IMG/VR virus record: IMGVR_UViG_3300037512_001928
Location: 32,001 to 96,000 of that record
Direction: 5' to 3' (one strand)
DNA from: a virus
Lineage: Duplodnaviria > Caudoviricetes
DNA: 64,000 nucleotides
The position numbers and the translations under genes are program-made. The notes beneath the pieces were generated by a model. It was given only the letters and a program-made list of their open reading frames with translations, did not search any database and was not told the DNA's origin. Of this stretch, positions 1-10,373 are shown in pieces (position 1 is the first letter of the stretch; each line of letters starts with the position of its first letter).

Positions 1-439
1 CGCCGTCATTGATCAGGTCAGCCATGTTGGTCAGACCGTTCTGCATCTCAACGATATTGACAACGGGGCGGGTAGAGACGTCCACAGTCTCAATGCTCAC
101 GCTCTTGTTGGCAACCTTGCTGCGGGCAGTGGTCGCGCCCTTCGCCTGAATGTAGGCACGGATGCCCTCCTGACGAATCTTGAACTGCGCCTTGTCGCCA
201 TGGGCAACGCGCTTCACGTCGGCAACCTGGTCCAGCCAGGTCAGCTGGGGACGAATGATTTCGTTGACCGCAAAACCGACCAGCTGCGCGATCTGGTACT
301 TGTTGTTGGGGTTCGGATTGGACGCGAGGTCGCGGATAACCTTGTTCGCGTTTTCGACGTCGTTGGTGTCGATGCGTTCGCCCTTGGCGGAGGCAACACA
401 CATCGCGACAATCTTGTCATTTTTCTTGATCTCAATCAT
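1..439 (-). CDS. Major capsid protein (N-terminal part, runs off window)
   Basis: Open frame from ATG 439 after RBS GGAGG (MIEIKKNDKIVAMCVASAKGERID...); absent from ORF track because it has no stop in the window; follows protease and decoration genes. Confidence 0.8.
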   Translation of the reverse strand, partial: MIEIKKNDKIVAMCVASAKGERIDTNDVENANKVIRDLASNPNPNNKYQIAQLVGFAVNEIIRPQLTWLDQVADVKRVAHGDKAQFKIRQEGIRAYIQAKGATTARSKVANKSVSIETVDVSTRPVVNIVEMQNGLTNMADLINDG

Positions 440-456
440 CTTATGTTACACCTCCA

Positions 457-885
457 TTAAGCCTTCTTGGCGACAGACCCGCCGCTCGCGGGCTTGCACA
501 GATCGCCAACAGCCAGTGTGGCGGCAACTTCGGAAGTCACGCTGATGATCAGCTGATCTCCGGCTTCGGGCTTGCGCATCTTGACATAGTGTCCGGTGGG
601 GACAGTGTAAGCAGCCCAGTCCAGTTCCTTGTCGCCGTAGTCCTCGAATTCATTCTCAACGAGGAAGAGTTCCTTGGTTCCTTCGTATACGCAGGTCATG
701 CGGATAGCGGGAAGTCCCCACAGGGTGGTCTTCTCATCAACCCTGAATTCAGCATCGCCAGCGGCAGTCAGTTTCTTAACGCCATTCGCGGTAATGGTAG
801 CAAAAACGCCGTTCGCCAGCTCTTCGCCAGCCTTGTGTTCGCCCTCGTACACATGACCGTTCAGCTTCGTGAAATATCCAGCCAT
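457..885 (-). CDS. Probable head decoration protein
   Basis: ATG 885 with RBS GGAGG (MAGYFTKLNG...), about 142 aa, between protease and capsid genes. Confidence 0.6.
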   Translation of the reverse strand: MAGYFTKLNGHVYEGEHKAGEELANGVFATITANGVKKLTAAGDAEFRVDEKTTLWGLPAIRMTCVYEGTKELFLVENEFEDYGDKELDWAAYTVPTGHYVKMRKPEAGDQLIISVTSEVAATLAVGDLCKPASGGSVAKKA

Positions 886-901
886 TTCTGAATTCCCTCC
901 A

Positions 902-2500
902 TTACTTAGATACAGGACGGAGCATGTCTCCATACTCGTCCGAATCTTTGATATCCATGTCCACATAGGAAGCCATCTGGAAATAGGCAGGAACTTCAGG
1001 CTGGGCGGGAGTTTCATTCTCCGCTTCCTGTTCCGCCATTGTTACCTTCTCCTGTTCCATGGACAGGTTTGCCAGCGTTTCGTAGTTCATCTCGGAAATC
1101 GCAGTCGCAACGTTTTCGGCGTTGACGTCCAGCCCGAGCTTCTCCGCGAAACTCTTGGCGCGGTTCTGTTTCTCAGCCAGCGCCTTTTCGGCTTCGGCTT
1201 TCAGAATCGCGTTATACTTGCTTTCGATTTCTTCCAGTTCGGCAATCCGGTTTTTCAGCTCCGCGATCGTCCGATCCTTCTCGTCCTCTTCAGCTACGGC
1301 ATTGTTCGTGTCATCCACGGTTTCAATCACCGTTTCCCGAACTTCTGTGCGTACGGTCGGAGGTATATCATATTCCGGGCATCCGGCATCGTACGTCTGT
1401 TCAGTTTCAATGGAATGTACGATGACTTCAGCCATCGCATCGGTCTTCCGGGCGTCTTCGGATTCAGCGTCAGGCACAACGATGGTCGCGCTCTGCTGCT
1501 GCTGTCCTCCGCTTCCGGAACCGCCGCCATCTCCGGATCCTGATCCAGAACCGGAACCGCTACCTTCTCCGGATCCTGATCCGGAACCGGAACCGCCGCT
1601 TCCATTACCATCAGTGCCGCCGGTACCTCCAGAACCATTCCCGTCAGTACCTCCGGTTCCGCCGGAACCATTCCCGTCAGTACCTCCGGTTCCGCCGGTG
1701 CCATTGCCATCGGTACCTCCGGTACCATCGCCCTGAGTTTCCGTACCGGTCCCCGTGGCACCGCTGTCTCCGCCTCCGCCATCTCCACCGTCTCCGTCTC
1801 CTTCGGCGATGGTTACCTGCTCAGGCTCGACTTCCGGATTCTCGATCTGTTCCGCATTCATCTGTTCGTTCGGCATTGTCTCACCTCGTTCACCCGTCGG
1901 CTCCCCGTTTTCCCTGAGTTCTGCAACAAGATCCAGCGCCACCGAATCCGGATATGCAGGCTTGCTTACAATCGCAACGCCGCATAGCACGTTATGTGGC
2001 CCAACGTCAATAATCTGTGCGCCCTGCATTGTCAGGTGCGTATCTGCCGGATTGTACTTAACCTCGAAGGAGAAGCACAACAGTCCCTTCTCATACATTT
2101 CGGAAACACATTCACATATCTCGCTTTCACGCTTCGGAATCCGCGCTGTAGCCTGCAAATAGTCAATCCCGTCTTCCGTGATCATCCGGTAGTTGAACAG
2201 ACCGCCGATCTGGGTGGTCTCAAACTGTCCGGTAAATCTGTTGTAGAGATGGGTAAGCTTGTCATATTCCTTTGCCGTAAGCCTTGAAACGTCCGCATAC
2301 AGCGGCAGTGCGACAAACTCATCGTTCCGGCTGACGATGTCGGCAATGAATTCTTTGCTGACACCCTCGTTATTACCGTTGATCTTACTGGTGCACACAA
2401 CCAGATCGATGGTCAGAAACACATCGTTCTCATCGTGTGTATCTTCTGCTATCAAAACTCGGTCGGCAAGAAGCGACAGGCATTTGTCGTTGTCCTTCAT
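902..2500 (-). CDS. Prohead protease / scaffold protein with Gly-rich insert
   Basis: N-terminal HK97-like protease motifs (SFEV, GVAIVSKPAY), acidic coiled-coil C-terminus, position after portal. Confidence 0.75.
   Translation of the reverse strand: MKDNDKCLSLLADRVLIAEDTHDENDVFLTIDLVVCTSKINGNNEGVSKEFIADIVSRNDEFVALPLYADVSRLTAKEYDKLTHLYNRFTGQFETTQIGGLFNYRMITEDGIDYLQATARIPKRESEICECVSEMYEKGLLCFSFEVKYNPADTHLTMQGAQIIDVGPHNVLCGVAIVSKPAYPDSVALDLVAELRENGEPTGERGETMPNEQMNAEQIENPEVEPEQVTIAEGDGDGGDGGGGDSGATGTGTETQGDGTGGTDGNGTGGTGGTDGNGSGGTGGTDGNGSGGTGGTDGNGSGGSGSGSGSGEGSGSGSGSGSGDGGGSGSGGQQQQSATIVVPDAESEDARKTDAMAEVIVHSIETEQTYDAGCPEYDIPPTVRTEVRETVIETVDDTNNAVAEEDEKDRTIAELKNRIAELEEIESKYNAILKAEAEKALAEKQNRAKSFAEKLGLDVNAENVATAISEMNYETLANLSMEQEKVTMAEQEAENETPAQPEVPAYFQMASYVDMDIKDSDEYGDMLRPVSK
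1510..1800 (-). repeat. Gly/Ser/Thr low-complexity tandem repeat (GGTGGTDGNG[ST] x4, then GS runs)
   Basis: 33-nt tandem units visible at about 1600-1730. Confidence 0.9.
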
Positions 2501-2571
2501 TGCGGGTCATCCTTTCAGCAAACATCATACTGTAGGAGGTCAGCAGGTTTGCGTGAGAATGTATGCAAAGA

Positions 2572-2592
2572 AAGCTCCGGAGTCCGGAGCTT
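2572..2592 (-). terminator. Possible intrinsic terminator
   Basis: Inverted repeat AAGCTCCGGA-G-TCCGGAGCTT followed by a T-rich run on the minus strand. Confidence 0.45.
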
Positions 2593-2632
2593 CTTCACGA
2601 CAGTTTTGATATATGATAAACGCTTTTAGGCG

Positions 2633-2716
2633 TTAATCATCGTAATAGTGATATCCTTTGTACATCAGCCATGCCGAAAATGCGGCATAAACTGTTAAAA
2701 CCAATACTTCCGCCAT
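2633..2716 (-). CDS. 27-aa membrane peptide
   Basis: RBS AAGGAG, MAEVLVLTVYAAFSAWLMYKGYHYYDD. Confidence 0.5.
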   Translation of the reverse strand: MAEVLVLTVYAAFSAWLMYKGYHYYDD

Positions 2717-2729
2717 GGTTTCATCTCCT

Positions 2730-4346
2730 TTATGTCAGACTCTGATCGCCGGAGCCGTCTTCCTGACTGGGCTTAGGCTGTGCGCCCGTCTGAGCCTTGC
2801 CTGGATCCGATACCCGTTCATCGTCCGGTTTCTCAGGTCTTCCCTGTTTCCGGTCGGTCTCTGTGTCCGAAGGTTCGCTTGCTTCTTCCGCTTCGTTAGG
2901 ATTGATGCCCGGTTTCACAAACACCTTCGTCTGAACTTTCTCTTCCGTCTCCGCTGCCTTGCGCATCTTTTCCTCATCGTAGTCAAAGCCGTGCGCGTCC
3001 ATCATCGTCTGATAGCTGAGTACGCCCTCTTTCCACAGTTCGAGGCATTTGTCCTGAAAACTCTTGTTATTCGTCAGATCTGTCACAGGGAAAGCGAATG
3101 TCGGCAGTTTCCCGGATGCGGATCGCGGAAGCCCGTTCTCCGTACCGTTTAGCCCGATCCGGATAATCTCGTTCATCATCTGCGCCATCCGGCGTTTGGC
3201 TTCCTGAATCCGGAGTGCAACCATCTTGGTGCTGACCTGACTGCTTCCGAAACTCGCGGCATTGTCCTGACCGGATACCACGATCCCGCTAATCCCGGCG
3301 GCGGAAAGAATGTCGGAGTTGACGCTCGCATACTTGTCATGGTCGAAGATGTGATCGCTCTGCGGCTGAATCACCTTGGCGTCCGCGAAGTTGTTGGTGA
3401 CCGCAAGAGCCACCTTGCTCGAAGCCGTCATCGCCGTAGCAAACAGATCCTGAAGTTTCATCAGCGCTTCCTTGCTGGGGATCACCTGCTTCTCCGGACT
3501 GCCGTAGGTTACATGAATAAAGGAACGCGCCGCGAGGTTGAGAAGCGAATCTTCCCATGCGGAGATCAGTTCCTTCTTCGCGAAAGCTTTCAGACATGCC
3601 GCCACCATCGGGATCGCGTAACGCTGCCAGTCCGGATGCGCGTCCTGAAGCACGAAGGTTGTGCGCGGATTCAGCTGAACCCACTGCGCATTATTCTTCA
3701 GCCCCAGCGCAACCTCGGGCGGATATCCGCTCAGTCGCTTCTCGAGATCCTCGTCCTCAAGGAATTTCTTGTAGGCTTTCATGCCCATCCGCTTCAGGTC
3801 TGTTCTCAGCGTATCGCAGTTGAATTCCACGAGTGGCTGTTTATTGACCCGGATATTCCCGATCCGGCACAGGTGCGGAGGCAGGGAAATGATATCCCCG
3901 TCAGGCTGTACGCTGATGTACAGATTCGCGTACAGGTAGTACTGGAGGAAGAAGCTTTCCAGCTTATCCCACATCCCGATCCGCTTGAAGTATTCCGTAT
4001 ACTTGGCTCTCGCCAGATCGCTCCCGCCCACGAGGCGGAAATCGTCGATCAGGGAGAAGGGAACGTAGACTTCCCGGATTGCGCCCCTGAACATGGGATC
4101 CGCATCCACCCAGTAATCCGCAAGCTGATAAAAGCTGTTAATGCTGTCCTGTTTATTCCGGAGGATCGAATTGTAATTGAACCCGGTCAGGTTTCCGGTA
4201 AAGGTAATATTCCGGTCGTTGTAGGTCTGCGACACATCCTACTGTTTCAGATCCGCCGCAATCGCGATTTCAGGAGGCGCGGGGGTGTCGACCACCGCTG
4301 CCGCCATGGTTTGCCGTCTTGGCATAAGCCAGTCTCTGATGCCCAT
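2730..4346 (-). CDS. Portal protein (in-frame TAG at codon 36, 4239-4241)
   Basis: ATG 4346 has RBS AGGAGG; frame is continuous with the 501-aa ORF except for one TAG; lies between TerL and protease. Confidence 0.8.
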
Positions 4347-4364
4347 GGGACATCCCTCCTTTAC

Positions 4365-6044
4365 TTATAGGAATCCGACCACGCCAACATCCTCCAGAAA
4401 ATTCATGGAGTTCAGCTGGCGTTTCCGTTCTTCTTCCATGCCGCTGATATAATGGACAGCCATCTGAAGCGCGGACGCCCGGTCTTTGTGCTGGCTGCCC
4501 TTCGCGCTGTCGTAAAGCACAGTGCCGTTTGCGCCGGGTCTTCCGACAATCTGCCCAAGCTCGATCTGCAGGGCGTCCATTTCCTTGTAGATCGCAATCT
4601 CTTTATCTGTCAGTTTCTTGTTATCCGATTCATCGTCGCTCATGATCAGATCATTCCCGATAATACGTTTGCTTTGTACCGGGAATTCGATCGTCTTCCG
4701 CTCCAGCGCAATCGTCAGGGCGCTGACCATCTGCTGGTTGAGCGCGTTAGTTGCAATGAAAGGATGGAGCAGAGGCACGGCGTGATCGATCGTGGAAATC
4801 TCCAGATCCGAAACCAGAGGCGGATATTCCTTGCCGCTGGCAGGATCCACCCACGGCACGGACATGAACTGCGGGAATGCGTCCCCGAGTCCCCGGCAGT
4901 CCACGATGACCTTGACCGTATTCGGAAATTCGATCAGCGCTTTCCGGATCTCCACCGCCAGCGCGTCCAGCCGTTTCCCGTGGAAGGTACGGATCTTCAC
5001 AACCTTCTTCAGGTATCCGCCGTTCTCCAGCTCGATCAGTTTGATGATCACGATTGCTGCGTTATCCGCGTTGCTGGCGGAGCTGGTCGCGATGTCCAGC
5101 GCGATGATGTACTGGCTTGCCGAATGCGCGGGCTGTGCAACTTCCACGTCCGTCAGGATCCTGCATTTATCGGTCAGGTCGAAGGGAAACACAGCTCCGT
5201 CCGCGTTCCCGATGAAGATACTCTCGTATTCCATCATGAACTTGGTGCTGTCCATTTCCTTCCGTTCCTTCTCGAAATAAGCCTGTTCCGTAATCCCTGC
5301 CCGGATCGCCGCCCTGTAGTCCATCGCGTAGGCGATCGACAGGTGATCGTATCCGGGTTCGCGCATCTGCGCCAGCGTATTGACAAACATCCGGTAGAAG
5401 TAGTTGTTCTTCAGGCATGCGGATGTGATGGAGATCATCTTACTCGGATAATCCCGGATCCCAAGCTGGATGCACAGGTCGCGGGTCGTGTTCAGGACGG
5501 GGCGGGCAATCGCCTCCAGATCCGCCTGTTTGACTTCCGGCGCTTCGTCGATGACGAGAATCTTGGCGCGGATGCCACGGAAAGTCCCCAGCGAAAAGCT
5601 TTCAATCCAGCTCCCGTTTTTGAAGGTGCACCTTCCTTTATGCGCCGATATCTGAACCAGATGGTTATGCCGGGTGCCGTCCAGCTCCCGGGCAATCTCC
5701 GGATTCTTGGAGAAATAGTTGTCGATCTTTTTGAGTACCAGCACAGCCTGTTCCGCCGTTCCGGAGATGATCGCAATCCCGGACTGCGGATAAAGGATCG
5801 CCATCGCGATACAGCAGATCGCCGTGATCCATGTCTTGCCGAATCCACGGCTCTGCACATCGTAGATTGTATGGTATTTTCCGAAGATCCGCGCCTGTAC
5901 CCGCTGTACGGGCTTGAGCTTGACCTTCAGGTATTCCTCGATAAATACGTCCTAATGGGTTCGCCAGTACCAGATCTGTTTTGTCCACGCCTCGTAATTC
6001 TTCAGCTCGGAGATCTGCGAAAGCCGGTCAGCCTGTGTAATCAT
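4365..6044 (-). CDS. terL: Terminase large subunit (in-frame TAG at codon 31, 5952-5954)
   Basis: Walker A SRGFGKT, Walker B LVIDEA, nuclease ALDIA and KDRASA; ATG 6044 overlaps the upstream TGA (ATGA); Q-motif LKPVQ lies upstream of the ORF-track start. Confidence 0.92.
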
Positions 6045-6910
6045 AGTCTTACATCAGCTCCGATCGCTTTCCATGTATGCTCGTAGTCGTGGAGAACCTT
6101 GTCCACATCGTCATCCGGAAATGTGTACGGATTCTCGTTCAGATATCCCTCCAGCTCAAGTTTCAGGATAATCTCGCCGAGGCTCCCCATCCCGGTATTT
6201 TCCCCGGGCTTTCTCCGGCATGCCGCGAAGTTGGAACTCTTGCTCAGATCGTCGAAGATCATCTGGGCTTCCTTGTATTCCTTCGCCGTGATCTGCCCGC
6301 GCCGCATCTTGTCTTCCGCGATGTCCGCGTTCAGGCTGGCTTTTGCAACCTTCCTCGCATAGTCGCGGATGTTGACGTTATCGAGCACGAAGTCCTGCTC
6401 ATACTGCGCGTAGATATCCTCGAGCATCTTGATCTCTGTCGGCGTGAACCATCCGCGCCAGACCGTATCGTATCTCGGCTTATCGTCCGGATCAGAAAAC
6501 TCGTGGAGCATCTTGTCGCTCGTCTTGTCGCTCGTTGCCCGGACGTTCTCCTCGTACTCGTAGGCATAGTTGGAGTTCATGACGCTGAAGAAAGCCTGAG
6601 CCTACGCCTTGTCGTAGATCTGTTTCTTCTCGTCTTCCGGGACGGTCGGGTCGATATACCTGCGGTTGGTCGACAGCGTGTACTGCGCTTTCTTTTCCAT
6701 CGCCCTCCGTGCCGCATCGTTGATCTTCCGGTTGTTTTCAAACGCGTACTTCTGTAGCGTCTCATTGTCGACCACAAATTTCCTCGCGCAGTCCTTGCAC
6801 CATGCGTCCCGGTACAGCTGGCTTGCCCATTGTTTGTGTGGGAAGAAATCGTCCAGCGGCAGACTGCGGTTGCAGTAAATGCATCTCTTCCCCGGTGTTT
6901 TCTTTCCCAT
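6041..6910 (-). CDS. Probable terminase small subunit with N-terminal Zn finger (in-frame TAG at codon 103, 6602-6604)
   Basis: ORFs 6602-6910 and 6041-6580 are in one frame separated by a single TAG; CxxC...CxxC; translationally coupled to terL. Confidence 0.65.
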
Positions 6911-6985
6911 TTCCTTTGTTCAAGTCCTTTATTCCAAAAATTAAAAAAGACCAGCGCCATCCGAAGATGACGCTTATGTCTTTGG

Positions 6986-8251
6986 TTATAGTAAAATCGG
7001 ATAGACGCACTTGCGTCCGTAGTTTGGCTGCATGATCAGCACGGTCGCGCCCGGCTTGCTGAATCGTCCGAGGCGCTGTGCGAATCCGTCCACCCCGCAC
7101 AGGCTCGGTACGCGCACAATGATGCTGTTCCCGTCCCGCGTGGTTCCGCTTGCAAGCTCTTCCTCATGATGCAGATGCCCGCATACGAAATAGTCGATAT
7201 GCTTCCCGTATACGTTGACCGCGTCCCGGCAGATATCCGAAATCCTGCCGCCCTGTCCGTGAAGCATCAGAAATTTAAACCCTGCGACTTCCGCGTACTG
7301 GTAGTTGCCTGTCAGCTCATGAACCTGAATCATCGGCTGATATCCTGTCAGCTTTTCGTACAGGTACCAGTTGATGATCTTGACCATGTTGTCCTTCGGG
7401 AAATCCCCGGCTTTGCTTCCGAGCGGTCTGACCTCGTCATGATTCCCGCCGACCATATACAGATCGATAGGAAGCCCCGTCCGATCCTGCAGATCCCTGA
7501 CCCACTGCGCGAACATCTCGCTGAAGTAGATCGTGGAATCCACAATCCCGTACTGCAGGTTCTGGAGCTGACTCATTCTCAGCATCCCGGCGATACAGTC
7601 CCCGACCAGCATGATATGAATCCGCCCGACCTGCTCGTCCCGCGCAATGTCGCATGCGCGTTTCAGAAGCATGCTCATCCGCTGATGGCATACTTCCTCG
7701 TCATAGTAGTTGATTACTTCGTCCAGCAGTCCCCGTACATCGATAACCTCGCCAAAATGAATATCACCCAGAGCGATCACCATCTCGCCATCGGTGGAAA
7801 CTTTCAGCTCGGTGCCGTCGCCGACTGTAAAATCCTTCAGGTAGACGCCATGGGTTCGCGCCGCGTCGATGACGGCTTCCCGGAGCAGGGCATCCCTGGC
7901 TTCCGCCCGGTAAACCTTGTTGTTCTCGCGGGCAAGGTCGCGCAGTTTCTGCCGTTGTATATAATCAACAGCCTCATCTCTGAAGCTGGGGTTTTCTTCG
8001 ACTGTTTGCTGGTCTTCCGTCACGCCCATCATGATCTGCGGCGCTTCGTCCCGGCTGCGCAGGACGTTTGCGTCATACGCAAGCTTGACGCCGACTCCGG
8101 CTTTCCGCAGGGTATCGCCGCTCATGTCCAGATCGTAGGACGCGACAATGTCCGCCCATTCGTCCTAAAGCTCGCCGTTCTTCTTGCGAACCATGTCGTA
8201 GACAAGATCCGCTTTTTCCTTCGGAGTCAGTTCCTCGATGAGTCTCGCCAT
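6986..8251 (-). CDS. Calcineurin-like metallophosphoesterase (in-frame TAG at codon 29, 8165-8167)
   Basis: DIH, GD, GNHD, HG and GHLH motifs; ATG 8251 with RBS AAAGGAG. Confidence 0.85.
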
Positions 8252-8283
8252 GCTGTTCTCCTTTGTTTTCCTTTATTCGTATC

Positions 8284-8335
8284 AAGACTCTGTATCAAGC
8301 TCCGCTAGCTATGGAATATTTGCTGCAAGAGTCTT
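8284..8335 (-). ncRNA. CAGCA-motif small RNA candidate, copy 1
   Basis: Terminal stem AAGACTC/GAGTCTT followed by TTGCAGCAA. Confidence 0.5.
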
Positions 8336-8341
8336 CAATAA

Positions 8342-8418
8342 TGGTACCGCCGGAGAGACTTAAACTCTCAGTCACACCGGGTTAGAATCGGCTCCGTCTT
8401 TCGTTGCGGCACGGCGGC
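8342..8418 (-). tRNA. Amber suppressor tRNA (anticodon CUA), Leu-like
   Basis: Cloverleaf: acceptor GCCGCCG/CGGCGGT, A73, encoded CCA; anticodon loop TTCTAAC (CTA = 8385-8383); T arm GAGAG-TTTAAGT-CTCTC. Confidence 0.88.
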
Positions 8419-8427
8419 ATATGTAAC

Positions 8428-8514
8428 TCGATGCTGTTAAAAGGCACCCCGAAGGGCGCGGATAGTAGATCAAACTATCAATTATGTCATGTATGAACTT
8501 GCTGTTAGCATCGA
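8428..8514 (-). ncRNA. CAGCA-motif small RNA candidate, copy 2
   Basis: Stem TCGATGCT/AGCATCGA followed by AACAGCAA; internal hairpins including a UUCG tetraloop. Confidence 0.55.
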
Positions 8515-8518
8515 AAAA

Positions 8519-8833
8519 TCAGTCACGCCTGTAGTCGGCATACTTTTTATAGATACACCGGTCTGGGAGCAGATCATCTTCACCAATCAGATCTCCGCGA
8601 AACGCATGTCTCAGCATCCGGTTGTTGTAACCTTTGCGGAATCTCCCAAACTCAGTCTGGTTAATCGGGCTGTACCTGACCCGGCTGTTCTCCCTGAAAT
8701 CCGGGTTATGCGCCAGAACGTCCGCCTCGGTCTTGCAGAACCGCAGACTCCCGAACTGCTTGATGACTCTGCCGCGGTCACGCCTCTTCGACAGCCGCTT
8801 CCGCTGATACCTGTTCAGATGAAGCATCGCCAT
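8519..8833 (-). CDS. Basic hypothetical protein
   Basis: RBS GGAGG, Arg/Lys-rich ORF. Confidence 0.55.
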   Translation of the reverse strand: MAMLHLNRYQRKRLSKRRDRGRVIKQFGSLRFCKTEADVLAHNPDFRENSRVRYSPINQTEFGRFRKGYNNRMLRHAFRGDLIGEDDLLPDRCIYKKYADYRRD

Positions 8834-9578
8834 CATCTCCTCCCTGAATGGAAACATTGTCCCAGTCCTCAGGTTTGGGCTGTACCATATCTCCGGGAAT
8901 CATCTCTCCCTTCATATCGTACCACTGACCGCCGCATCGGTAGATCCGATCCATATCGTAGAGCGCATCGCAGTTCCCGTTCCGGAATCGCACGATCTTC
9001 ACGCGGTACTTCTCCGCATAAACAACCCATTCCGTTTTCCCGTCGCTGAAGGTTCCGTCCGTCCGAACCGTATACCGCTCCATCGGAGCCATATCGTGTT
9101 CCTGCCGGATATCACGGAATCTTTGCCGGAGGCTCGGCTTCTTCTCCCGGGTAACGCGCTGCGCTTTCCGCCGCCGGACGCGATCGTCCAGCATCTCCGT
9201 CATCGCCCTGAAGCTGAGTTGTTCTTCGGTTGCCGTATCGCCGCTGGATCCGCCGGATGCATAAAGCAGATTGCTGATATCGCTCGGGCAGGACGAGACC
9301 GGAATCTCCCGCGCCTCTCCGACAGCTTCCTTGTAGTCGGATACGATCCCATCCATATTTCCGTACAGCAGGAAATATCCGATACTGTCCAGCATGCGTT
9401 TGACGCGCTGTTCCGGAGAGAAAACTTCTTCTCCGTTATCGTTCAGCCAGTTGCGGTCGCAGTAATCCTCCCACCCGTTCTAAATGTCCCGGGCGGTATG
9501 AAGCATCTCGTCAGTTGTTCCGGATTTCAGCGTCAGGGTTCTGCCGTTTGGTAACCATACTTTGTAGCCTGTTGCCAA
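8778..9578 (-). CDS. Hypothetical protein (in-frame TAG at codon 33, 9480-9482)
   Basis: TTG 9578 after a purine-rich RBS; frame continuous with the 205-aa ORF except for one TAG. Confidence 0.65.
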
Positions 9579-9642
9579 GGAAAAACACCCTTCCCTTATA
9601 TACTATTAAATGAAACCCCAAAAATGCAGACAAAACGGGGAT

Positions 9643-10038
9643 TTACAGCGCGGAGCAGGGTTTGTCGCTGTGGCAGGCTTCCCACCTGCGGTTGTTCTCA
9701 GCCGTGATCTTCTCGACCGCCCGGTCGAACATCTCATTGGAAGTCTGCCGCGCATGCCCTAGATATTCCGCGATATCGCTCAGTCCGTATCCCTGCATCA
9801 GGTAGCTGACAATCAGCTTCTCCGTCTGACTCAGCCCGCACGTCTCGATCAGCATATCCAGATCGATGTAGGTGCAGACCACATCCTCGTTCAGCGGAAA
9901 CACGCCCTCCGTGTCCAGCAGGTTTCCCTGAAAGAGTCCGGGCAGATAGGATTCATCGCACTCAGATCTCTTCAGGATCTACTCCCTGACCACGCGGGCT
10001 TCGCTCAGGGGTGTGTATGCAAAACGGGAATCCCTCAA
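9643..10038 (-). CDS. Sigma-70 region-4-like HTH protein, candidate late regulator (in-frame TAG at codon 20, 9979-9981)
   Basis: LSQTEKLIVSYLMQGYGLSDIAEYLG HTH; TTG 10038 after AAAGGTG. Confidence 0.7.
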
Positions 10039-10052
10039 TTCACATCACACCT

Positions 10053-10367
10053 TTAAGCCTCGGTTTCATCAGCTTCCTGAGATTTCCGGAGCTGTTCCTT
10101 CAGCGCCCTGATTTCAGCCCCGCTCTGCGCCAGCGCCGCTTCCATGGCTTCGTTGGCTTCGCGCAGTTCATCCAGCTCTTCACTGCTCACGCCGTCGGAC
10201 TTGACGCCTTTCAGCGCGTCCAGAATCATATCGATATTGTCGAGAAGCAGGTTCTTTACCCGCTCTCTGGCTCTCTGCGCAGGATTGCCGCTGTCGATCG
10301 TGGCCTGCATGACGTCTCGCTCTGTAGCCAGCACGTTATAAACTTCATTCGTAGTCATGAACATCAT
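10053..10367 (-). CDS. Coiled-coil hypothetical protein
   Basis: ORF with RBS AAGGAG. Confidence 0.7.
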   Translation of the reverse strand: MMFMTTNEVYNVLATERDVMQATIDSGNPAQRARERVKNLLLDNIDMILDALKGVKSDGVSSEELDELREANEAMEAALAQSGAEIRALKEQLRKSQEADETEA

Positions 10368-10373
10368 CTCCTT

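Noticed and set aside
3339-8308. Long plus-strand ORFs (3339-4370, 4452-6086, 7166-8308) and similar antisense ORFs such as 36605-37513 and 37943-39067
   Set aside because: Antisense shadows of motif-bearing genes, with no RBS or recognisable domains
8342-8418. Pyrrolysine tRNA
   Set aside because: A73, 6-nt variable region, two bases between acceptor and D stem and a 5-bp anticodon stem do not fit tRNA-Pyl; no pyl genes in the window
2730-10038. Treating the TAG-split genes as pseudogenes or sequencing errors
   Set aside because: All six interruptions are TAG, in frame, one per gene, with no frameshifts or other stops, and a cognate CUA tRNA lies among them
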